Origin: Promethearchaeota archaeon
Lineage (GTDB): Archaea > Asgardarchaeota > Lokiarchaeia > Sigyniarchaeales > SOKP01
DNA: 17,448 nucleotides
Assembly (NCBI GenBank): GCA_011364975.1
Contig: RDOE01000070.1
Span: 1 to 17,448, forward strand
Direction of reading: 5' to 3'
In this document: positions 9,083 through 16,575 of the stretch, in pieces
How the letters are laid out: the number at the start of each line of letters is the position of its first letter
Numbering within the stretch: position 1 is the first letter of the stretch
Made by a program: the position numbers and the translations under genes
Notes under the pieces: model-generated
What the model was told of the DNA's origin: nothing
Seen by the model: only the letters and a program-made list of their open reading frames with translations
The model's database searches: none

Positions 9083-10084
9083 TTAATTCGGGACACTATA
9101 GAGGTTCCAAATAAAATTCCCCATATCTGAAGGATACGGCTTATATAGAGAAAAGTTATAATTATTTTGAGCAGGGAAATCATAGGAATAAAATTTTTGC
9201 CCTGCGAGGGATGGTAAAGGATCGTTTTCAAATCCCACAGCAGTATTGTTTGCTTCATTACCTAGATCCCTTTTATTATACAATATAAATTGCGCTCCAA
9301 TATTTGGTGACTCATCTTTATAGATTAATTGGATAATTCCTGTTACAGTAATTCCAATACCAGTTATGTTCGCACCAATATCACAATCTTGAAGGATATA
9401 TATTAATGTATGACCGATATCATTAATAAATGTTAATTTACTATTTTGAGAATATTGAACGTGGATAACTTTAAATGAAATATTTCCACTTTTTGCAATT
9501 CCAGAAATATTTCCATCAATATAACAATAAGATAAATCATATTGAATATCACCCTTGGATACATTTGTAAATACATTACGAATAGATACGAGATACGGTA
9601 CTGCTATTTTAACATTTCCTTCAATATCAACATTGAGTCTTATATCACAAACTATATCTACCCTAAGTATTACTTTTAAACTAATCTCATTTAGTAAAGT
9701 TAAAATTTCTTCAAAATTTACCCCCTCTCTTATCTTTAATGTGAAATTCACATTACCACTCTCACTAGTAAAGATAATATTAAAATAATCTAAATAGGAC
9801 TTTCTGTCTAGAATTTTTCCACTCATATCAACTTTTAAAACAAACTTAGCAATATAATTCACGGGTTCATCAATATAGTTTAATTCGATATCTGCTATAT
9901 CCGTATTAACGATAAGATTATTAATGGAAGTTGGATTTGCTGGTTCATAGTAATAGGGGATAGATTCATAAATTTTTCCGTAATTAGATCCAGTATCTGA
10001 GAGGATTATAATCGGAAGAGAAATAATTAGACTAAAAAATATCAAAATTAACAACATAATTACTTTAATAATATGATTTGCCAT
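9083..10084 (-). CDS. Membrane-anchored extracellular beta-rich protein (DUF4097/adhesin-like)
   Basis: N-terminal TM segment, then Asn/Ile/Gly-rich short strands (NTDIADIEL, NVSKGDIQY, IAKSGNISF, INDIGHTLI, TVTGIIQL). ATG at 10084. Confidence 0.6.
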   Translation of the reverse strand: MANHIIKVIMLLILIFFSLIISLPIIILSDTGSNYGKIYESIPYYYEPANPTSINNLIVNTDIADIELNYIDEPVNYIAKFVLKVDMSGKILDRKSYLDYFNIIFTSESGNVNFTLKIREGVNFEEILTLLNEISLKVILRVDIVCDIRLNVDIEGNVKIAVPYLVSIRNVFTNVSKGDIQYDLSYCYIDGNISGIAKSGNISFKVIHVQYSQNSKLTFINDIGHTLIYILQDCDIGANITGIGITVTGIIQLIYKDESPNIGAQFILYNKRDLGNEANNTAVGFENDPLPSLAGQKFYSYDFPAQNNYNFSLYKPYPSDMGNFIWNLYSVPN

Positions 10085-10450
10085 AATCAACTATAATATG
10101 AGTAGTATCGGTATAGCTTAAAATATATTTAGAATCTAATCGTATTTAAACTAATTTATCCTTTTGAAGTATAATTATAACCATCCATTATATGAATTCA
10201 TATATTTACGATCGAATTTCTGATTTTTTTATATGCTAGAATTACCAACATTAAAAAAGTCTCCAAAAATTACCACAATTGGAATACCAACTAGAGTAAA
10301 TACAAAGATTAGGTTTAATATAATAAATATAGTTTAAATATACGCTCTATTCTAAAATACTAAAACGATTATTAACTATTCTACTAAATAGACAGATAGA
10401 TTTGTAATTAAACTATTTACTAATAATAATTTATTCAAGACTTGAGAAAA

Positions 10451-10490
10451 TTCGACCTTTACTCATTATTCCGAAGCTAAATCTAAAAAT
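10451..10490 (+). promoter_or_regulatory. Conserved 40-bp upstream element, copy 2
   Basis: TTCGACCTTT ACTCATTATT CCGAAGCTAA ATCTAAAAAT; ends 57 nt before GTG 10548. Confidence 0.78.
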
Positions 10491-10547
10491 GATTTTATAA
10501 TCCCTAGTTCAATTAACAACAATTTAAATATAAGAGGTTAAATAAAA

Positions 10548-11258
10548 GTGAATAAATTAAAATATCAAAAATTTATGGTTATGATAGCGATATTTGTTAT
10601 TTGCCTTGTAAATATTACCACAATAGGTTATTCAGATGAAATAGGAGTAACAGATTATATGTATGTTAAACATACTTATTGTTGCTCAAAATATCCGGGA
10701 CATTCATCATTTTGTGGAACAGCATTTATTGACCCAGCTCCTGGAGTTACTACAACGTTCAAATTCTCTAAGACATCGAGCGATATTTTGCATGTTGAAT
10801 GGGAATGGGGAAGTGATTGTGGAACAAATTATTGGGATGTTAATTCCAGCTCTAGAATCGTATCAAATAATGGTCATGCTGCTTGGGGTCCCAGTAATGG
10901 TGCTCACAACATGGAATGGATTTATACTGATGTTTCTCTTAATGACCAAGTTATAATATTTAATTTCTGGAGATACGCAGACACGGTATTCAATATCACT
11001 GGGGAAGCTATGCAGGGCTCCCGGGAAGTATGGGAACTAAAAGATGCCTATGGGAGTGTAATTTGGTATGATAAAGCAGATGGGTTTCTTGTAAATGGTA
11101 CCTTTCGCTATCAGTCAGATTGGGAAAGAATTGAATTTATAGATGTTGGTGTTGAAAATCCAGAAAACCCCACTATTCCAGGTTATAATTTCCCCTTAAT
11201 ATTAGGAGTTCTCTCTCTAATGGGGATAATTATAACCAAAATGAAATCCAAAAAGTAG
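10548..11258 (+). CDS. Cell-surface protein with a Loki-CTERM/PGF-CTERM-like sorting signal
   Basis: N-terminal signal peptide. C-terminal IPGY + TM helix + basic tail (KMKSKK). Several NxS/T sequons. GAGGT SD 9 nt before the GTG. Confidence 0.85.
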   Translation: MNKLKYQKFMVMIAIFVICLVNITTIGYSDEIGVTDYMYVKHTYCCSKYPGHSSFCGTAFIDPAPGVTTTFKFSKTSSDILHVEWEWGSDCGTNYWDVNSSSRIVSNNGHAAWGPSNGAHNMEWIYTDVSLNDQVIIFNFWRYADTVFNITGEAMQGSREVWELKDAYGSVIWYDKADGFLVNGTFRYQSDWERIEFIDVGVENPENPTIPGYNFPLILGVLSLMGIIITKMKSKK

Positions 11259-11300
11259 AAGATTCGAAGAAAACTTAAGAATTAATCTTTATTTTTTTTT
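11259..11300 (+). terminator. Putative terminator (weak stem plus T9)
   Basis: AAGATT (11259-11264) pairs with AATCTT (11284-11289), followed by T9 (11292-11300). Confidence 0.5.
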
Positions 11301-11409
11301 AATTAATTAAATACTTTTACTGTTCAGAAAAATAATTATTTATATTGAAAAAACTTACTAACAAAGTAGTGTAAATTACTAGATTTAATCCATTAGGTGA
11401 TTTCTTACT

Positions 11410-12417
11410 ATAATTCTTAGTCTATATGATCCCTTTGAACGATTTTTTACCACAATTTCAATAGTGATATTGATCTTTAGTAGTATTTTGTATATATATC
11501 ATGGTCGTAGCAAAGAAATTCTATCTGAAAAAATACTTATGTATGGATTTTCTAGTTTTTGGTTTAGTATAGCTTTATTAAAAATCTACTTTTATTTTGT
11601 GGATAATATACTAGAAGGAACTTATACTGGTAATCTAGATTTAATAATTGAGAGCTTTAACCCATCAAATTACATTCTACTTTATTTTTATTTATATTTC
11701 TTCAGTTATATGTTAATTAATCTTATTTCATTAATTCTCTTATTTATCTGGTTCTCATTAAAAGCAGAAAAAGAATTTAGAGTTATATCATCAGTAAAAA
11801 CGGTTGGATTTACCATAACATTAATAGGATGGATTTTCGAGATTACTATTATCAAACAATTAGGCATTATATCTCCAATGATCCCTCCTATATTTATTAT
11901 AGCAGGAGTATTAACATCGAATTTACCTTTACTAATTGATGTTGATTTTTTTTCTAAATCTCTTGCTAATTGGTTAGTTATAACTTTAATGGTAGGGATT
12001 TTTAGTTATTTAGGGCTGACAATTTTTACAAATTTTTCTTTAGCAATTCTTAGTCTTATTCTAATATGGACTTCCGTATTTGCTTTAATAGGAGTAGTAA
12101 TCTACATAACATTTAAGGTAATAAGAAGAAATCAAGCTAATGATACATCTTCCTCCATAGTAAAAGAAGAGCTTAAGGATTTTATAAAAATCTTTACCAA
12201 ACCTTCAACAATCACTATCGAAGAAATTCAGGTTTATCGGGAAAAAGGTTTATGTCTAGTTTGTAAAGGAAAAGTATCAGGCGTCAATTATATATGCCCC
12301 AAATGTAATGCGTTATATTGCTTAAAATGTTCTGAAGTATTAACAAAGAGAGAAAATGCATGTTGGGTATGTGAATCACCATTTGATGTATTCAAATCAA
12401 ATAAAATTGATATATAG
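11410..12417 (+). CDS. ~7-TM membrane protein with a C-terminal C4C4 RING-like zinc finger
   Basis: About seven hydrophobic segments, then C-x2-C-x10-C-x2-C-x4-C-x2-C-x10-C-x2-C. The frame is open from 11401. Proposed start is ATA 11410 after an AGGTGA SD; the track's GTG 11464 falls inside TM1. Confidence 0.8.
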   Translation: MILSLYDPFERFFTTISIVILIFSSILYIYHGRSKEILSEKILMYGFSSFWFSIALLKIYFYFVDNILEGTYTGNLDLIIESFNPSNYILLYFYLYFFSYMLINLISLILLFIWFSLKAEKEFRVISSVKTVGFTITLIGWIFEITIIKQLGIISPMIPPIFIIAGVLTSNLPLLIDVDFFSKSLANWLVITLMVGIFSYLGLTIFTNFSLAILSLILIWTSVFALIGVVIYITFKVIRRNQANDTSSSIVKEELKDFIKIFTKPSTITIEEIQVYREKGLCLVCKGKVSGVNYICPKCNALYCLKCSEVLTKRENACWVCESPFDVFKSNKIDI

Positions 12418-12447
12418 ATTAATATAATAAAAGCGAGGAATTACAAA

Positions 12448-12660
12448 ATGCTAGATTTGTTTCTATGGCTTCTGATACCCTTTTTGGTGATACCTTTTCT
12501 TCTTTTATTAGTAATCACAATCTGGGTTTATAAAGATGCTAAAAAGCGTGAAATGAATGCTTTTAGTTGGATTCTAATAATCTGGTTAATTCCATTTTTA
12601 ATTGGATTCATTATTTATTTATTAGAAAAAGAGAAATTTTCTCCAGAAAGAACAGAATAA
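12448..12660 (+). CDS. Small 2-TM protein, PLDc_N (cardiolipin synthase N-terminal)-like
   Basis: TM-WVYKDAKKREMNAFSW-TM-IGFIIYLL pattern; GAGGA SD 8 nt upstream. Confidence 0.75.
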   Translation: MLDLFLWLLIPFLVIPFLLLLVITIWVYKDAKKREMNAFSWILIIWLIPFLIGFIIYLLEKEKFSPERTE

Positions 12661-12731
12661 AAATATAATTTTAAGTAGTAATGAATTCTATATTTAATTT
12701 AATTACATTTATGTAGTTTTGGAGAACTTTT

Positions 12732-13751
12732 TTGGTCAAAACTCCCAACATCTTAATAACTGGCATAGAAGGGGTTGGAAAGTCAACTATATTAAATTTA
12801 TTTCCTGGTGATGTAATACTAGAAATAGATGATAATTTCAACGAGATATTCCAAAAGTCTATTTTACTTCCTGAATTAAACCAAATTGAGCAATGTATTT
12901 TAAGGGAAATTGACTTAAAAGAGATGTTGAGAAACATTGATTCTTATAGGACAATATTAGACATTGTTGATATATTTTGTATTATAATTGACTCTACTGA
13001 AAGAAATATTGAAGAATCTGAAGAATTAATAGCAGAATTAAAATTTAAAATGCCTGATATTCAATTATTTATTATAGCTAACTTTCAAGACAGAGTTTCT
13101 ATTTCATGGAGTGTAGAAAAAATAGCAAATAGGTTAGACCAAAAGGTTTATGGATTTTCAGCGATTCAAGAAAATTCTGAGGAAAAATTAATTACTATTT
13201 TAAAAAAAATTATAGAAATTACTTTTTTTAGAAATAAAAAAGAAATTTTTCATTCCTTATTAAAACAAGAAGATTATAAGGTTATTTGGACTGAGATAGA
13301 AGAAGCAAGAAGGAATGAAAAACGACGAGATTTTCAGGCAGCTTCGAACATTTTTTCTAATATCGCAACAAGACTAAAAAATTTAAAATCTGAATATGAG
13401 GGAAAAGAAATTGATGCGTTATATTATCTATGTAGAGCGTGGCAAAGCCTAAATCTTGCTGAGGAACAAAAAAATATTAAGAAATTTGCAGAAGCAGAAA
13501 TCCTTTTTAATCAAGCAAATGAACATTTTTCCGATAAAAATTTAAAAGCATTACTCTATGCAAATTCAATTTTCTGCGAAATTTTAAAACTAAGCTTCCA
13601 ATTCGATGAATCAGATAATCCTAATAGAAAAGCTGAATATTATCCTAAAATTCGGAATTTAATTAAAAGAGCAATAGACCTCTATAAAGAAGGGGGTTAT
13701 TTAAAAGATGCAGAGTGGGCTATGAATGTCCTAAATACATTAAAGGAATGA
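12732..13751 (+). CDS. Divergent Ras/Arf-like small GTPase domain with an alpha-helical (TPR-like) C-terminal domain
   Basis: G1 GIEGVGKST, IIIDST strand, G4-like ANFQD, G5 SAI. No DxxG. C-terminal helical hairpins (FQAASNIF, FAEAEILFNQA, AIDLYKEGG). GGAGA SD before the TTG. Confidence 0.8.
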   Translation: MVKTPNILITGIEGVGKSTILNLFPGDVILEIDDNFNEIFQKSILLPELNQIEQCILREIDLKEMLRNIDSYRTILDIVDIFCIIIDSTERNIEESEELIAELKFKMPDIQLFIIANFQDRVSISWSVEKIANRLDQKVYGFSAIQENSEEKLITILKKIIEITFFRNKKEIFHSLLKQEDYKVIWTEIEEARRNEKRRDFQAASNIFSNIATRLKNLKSEYEGKEIDALYYLCRAWQSLNLAEEQKNIKKFAEAEILFNQANEHFSDKNLKALLYANSIFCEILKLSFQFDESDNPNRKAEYYPKIRNLIKRAIDLYKEGGYLKDAEWAMNVLNTLKE

Positions 13752-13796
13752 AAAAGAACAGAATTAGAGTTAGAAAGAAAAATTAAATTTATAATC

Positions 13797-14051
13797 TTAA
13801 CCTCCAATAACCTTTGTCCATAAGATCAATCGGTCAAATTCTTTTAACCCAAATTTATGAATTGCGTCTTTAATAGTAATAGAATTAGGGAGTTCTTTTT
13901 CATTAAATACGAGAGCATAAGATCGTTGTTCCGAGCTTATAAATCCCATATGCTTAATAACAATTTCGATAATACGTTCAATAATATGATGTTCTTTCAC
14001 ATCTAATTTAATAATTTTTCCTGTTCGCGAATCCTCAACTGATACTTTCAT
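13797..14051 (-). CDS. Ubiquitin-like (beta-grasp) protein with a free C-terminal GG
   Basis: MKVSVEDSRTGKIIKLDV resembles ubiquitin MQIFVKTLTGKTITLEV; ALVFNEKEL resembles RLIFAGKQL; LILWTKVIGG* resembles LHLVLRLRGG. 84 aa. Confidence 0.88.
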   Translation of the reverse strand: MKVSVEDSRTGKIIKLDVKEHHIIERIIEIVIKHMGFISSEQRSYALVFNEKELPNSITIKDAIHKFGLKEFDRLILWTKVIGG

Positions 14052-14095
14052 TAAAATTATCTTCCTTTGTTTGAATAATATTAATTTAAGTATTG

Positions 14096-14135
14096 ATATT
14101 TAGATTTAACTTCGGGATGTTAATCAAAGCTCGAA
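14096..14135 (-). promoter_or_regulatory. Conserved 40-bp upstream element, copy 3 (before the ubiquitin-like gene)
   Basis: Minus strand: TTCGAGCTTT GATTAACATC CCGAAGTTAA ATCTAAATAT. Same spacing as copies 1 and 2; ends 44 nt before ATG 14051. Confidence 0.78.
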
Positions 14136-14138
14136 TCT

Positions 14139-15479
14139 TCAAATATTATATTTTTTTCTCATTTCCTCTAAGATCTTATATTTTGGAAAATCGCTTAGAA
14201 TTGGCGTCAATTGATATAATTCTTCTCTGACCTCCGCTAAGTCATACTCATTCAAATTTGCTATATTCTCAAACACCAAAATTTTAAATTTCTCATCCAA
14301 ATTTGATGGTATTGTTCTTTTTAATATATCATATAGATATGAGATGTACTGATGTAGGAATGTGATAAGATATTCTTTCAAATTCTTATTAAACAAATTC
14401 TCACTTATGTCATTTATAATTTTTTTGAAGATTTGGATTGATTCAATCTGACTTTTCTCTATTGATTTAGTTAATTCCATTAGATTGAGAAAACTATATT
14501 TTTTAATATCATCATCAATGATTAATTGAATCATTTTATCGATTTTCTCATCAGTTTTAAAGTAATATTTCTGTAGTTTATCAATTTCTAAATTAAATAT
14601 CTTGTAATCAAATAAATCTTCTTCAATAATTTTTTGAAGGAAAAAATTAAGTGTAGTTAAATCAATTTGATAATTCTCAGAGAATTCTTCGATTGAAATA
14701 TATTCGGGGTATCTTATCAGATTATTCAGCGCAAGATAAAGAAGTATTTTATGATACTCTTCCTCAGAGGAGATTATCTTTTTTACTTTGATATAATCTA
14801 ACTTATTAAGCAAATCAAGAAATAATATTTTAACTTCGTCATTTTGAACATTCCATTTGTTAAAGAACTTTTCTAAATTTCCCTTGATCCACTCGACTTT
14901 TTTAAGCTCCTCTTCTAGTATTGATTGATAATCTAAATTATATATTTTAATTATTTTTAAGTATTCATTTTCACCTAACTGAGTAATTTGGTAATCAGAT
15001 TGCTCTATTTTAATAAGTTCTTCCTTAATTAAGAGATTAATATTTTTTGAGAGAGAATGACTATTTATAGATAATGGTTTTTCCATAAAATCAGCCCATT
15101 TACATGATTCATTGTTATAAAGCATCCATAATATAATGTGCTTATAATTTCTTTTCTTATAAATTAGATCTGGTGGATATTTTAAGTCTTTGCTAAAAGA
15201 ATCTTTATATCTTAAATCGAAAAACCTTCTTTTACCTTTTAGAGTAATTTTATAAATGCCTTTGCTCACTTTCTCAATAAATCCTTTCTTTTTCAGGATG
15301 TTCATGTATTTTGATAAAGTAGCTAAACTAATTTCGAGTGGTTTTTCCAAAAAAACCGACCAGTTGCACTCCTCATTATTATTCAGCATCCAAAGGAGAA
15401 TATATTCAAAATCCTTTTTCTCTGCCCCAGAAGGAGAGACTAATTCTTTTGGTGGATATTTAACTTTATTAGGTTGTAT
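14139..15479 (-). CDS. Protein with two tandem N-terminal winged-helix (MarR/ArsR-like) repeats; putative transcription regulator
   Basis: Repeat 1: KYPP...ILLWMLNNNEECNWSVFLEKPLEISLATLSKYMNILKKKGFIEK...YKITLKG. Repeat 2: KYPP...IILWMLYNNESCKWADFMEKPLSINSHSLSKNINLLIKEELIK...YQITQLG. Repeat 1 begins upstream of the track's ATG 15389; proposed start is ATA 15479. Confidence 0.75.
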   Translation of the reverse strand: MQPNKVKYPPKELVSPSGAEKKDFEYILLWMLNNNEECNWSVFLEKPLEISLATLSKYMNILKKKGFIEKVSKGIYKITLKGKRRFFDLRYKDSFSKDLKYPPDLIYKKRNYKHIILWMLYNNESCKWADFMEKPLSINSHSLSKNINLLIKEELIKIEQSDYQITQLGENEYLKIIKIYNLDYQSILEEELKKVEWIKGNLEKFFNKWNVQNDEVKILFLDLLNKLDYIKVKKIISSEEEYHKILLYLALNNLIRYPEYISIEEFSENYQIDLTTLNFFLQKIIEEDLFDYKIFNLEIDKLQKYYFKTDEKIDKMIQLIIDDDIKKYSFLNLMELTKSIEKSQIESIQIFKKIINDISENLFNKNLKEYLITFLHQYISYLYDILKRTIPSNLDEKFKILVFENIANLNEYDLAEVREELYQLTPILSDFPKYKILEEMRKKYNI

Positions 15480-15554
15480 TTTACGTACTCACCACTGCAC
15501 ATGAGATTTTATATATGGTTTTGCTCTCACTAATCATATAAAATTATGTAAATC

Positions 15555-15570
15555 AGATTTAAATACTTTG
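15555..15570 (-). promoter_or_regulatory. Putative BRE-TATA promoter of the winged-helix gene
   Basis: Minus strand CAAAGTA-TTTAAATCT, 26 nt upstream of an ATG at 15537. Confidence 0.45.
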
Positions 15571-15702
15571 ATTTATCTAACGATTTGAAATAGTTTAATT
15601 CCTTAAATCTAGTGTGATTTTTAAAAACTGATCTTAAAATGAGTTTTGTTATTAAATTATGAGATTTTTTTTGGGTTTTCTTACTTTTTTTTCAAAGATT
15701 AG

Positions 15703-15757
15703 CTCGAACTTTATAAGTTTGCGGTTTCTGAAAAGTCCCGAAGCTTAATCTAAAAAT
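15703..15757 (+). promoter_or_regulatory. Conserved upstream element, copy 4 (spacer 15 nt longer)
   Basis: CTCGAACTTT (15703-15712), N25, then CCGAAGCTTAATCTAAAAAT (15738-15757; 19/20 identical to copy 2). Ends 75 nt before ATG 15833. Confidence 0.7.
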
Positions 15758-15832
15758 AAAATTCTTACTTACCCAAAAATTAACCACAATCTAACAACAA
15801 AGTAATAAAAGAAAAATATGGAGTGATAACAG

Positions 15833-16531
15833 ATGAAAAGATACAAATTTATGAAATTTTCACTATTTTTAGTGATTACACTCACTTTTCTTGGTTTCGT
15901 TTCAATGGTATCTGCAGCAAGTGATAAATCAAAGGTAACCTTTAGACCATTAAGTGATTGGGAAACAAATAACCCTAGTATTTTTTATACATGGGGAGGA
16001 TGGCCTCCTGGAAGAGACACTCCTGTTTATCGAATATTGCTTGCTGACTTTTTCTCAGGTAGCCCTCCACCTATAGGTACTTATGATGGATATATTAAAG
16101 AACGAAAATTATCTGATGGACGAGCCTTAGTTACTGTATATTTAAGCCTTAAAGATGCCCCATTCTGGTTAATTCTTGCGCTAGATTTTCCAGATCCCCC
16201 AGCTTTTCCAGATCCCTCTAAATATATCCTTGAAAATGCGAAAATGATTGAATATCGTGAAGTAGTTGAATTTTTTATACCGTTCCCTGGTGCCCCCATA
16301 CCGAATTTGTTTGATATAGCTTTTGAGGATTATACATTTATGAGTGGAGTTGGGCATGGTATTGGAGTTTTTACCGATTATGCTGAAAGTGTTGGATTCA
16401 CTTCTGGAGAAGAAGGTATGATGACCATCAATCAGAGAGGACTTGTTTATGCCGCATTTCAAAATGGTTTCAACGGAGCTTTGAGAGATTGCTTTCCTGC
16501 AGAAATTATAAATGTCCATCAAATAGGCTAA
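15833..16531 (+). CDS. Secreted hypothetical protein (Pro/aromatic-rich)
   Basis: Signal peptide KFSLFLVITLTFLGFVSMVSA-AS; GGAGTGA SD 6 nt upstream; no recognisable family motif. Confidence 0.8.
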   Translation: MKRYKFMKFSLFLVITLTFLGFVSMVSAASDKSKVTFRPLSDWETNNPSIFYTWGGWPPGRDTPVYRILLADFFSGSPPPIGTYDGYIKERKLSDGRALVTVYLSLKDAPFWLILALDFPDPPAFPDPSKYILENAKMIEYREVVEFFIPFPGAPIPNLFDIAFEDYTFMSGVGHGIGVFTDYAESVGFTSGEEGMMTINQRGLVYAAFQNGFNGALRDCFPAEIINVHQIG

Positions 16532-16575
16532 TATTACAACTTAAGAAGAGGGTGCTATTGAATCTTAAATTAAAT

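Noticed and set aside
9049-12937. Track ORFs 9049-9258, 9555-9788, 10663-10956 and 12671-12937
   Set aside because: Alternate-frame or antisense overlaps of longer genes with coherent features.
15489-15530. Selenocysteine or TGA readthrough extending the wHTH gene from GTG 15530
   Set aside because: The TGA is part of a GGTGA SD, has no redox-motif context, and no SECIS-like hairpin is evident after the gene. The parallel TGA at 11398 has an in-frame TAA three codons earlier, with no ATG/GTG/TTG in between. Several genes here end in TGA normally.
5651-15757. CRISPR repeats or IS/MITE ends as the explanation of the 40-bp element
   Set aside because: Copies are kilobases apart, degenerate and always oriented towards a downstream gene. 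No spacers, cas or transposase genes, or target duplications are seen.
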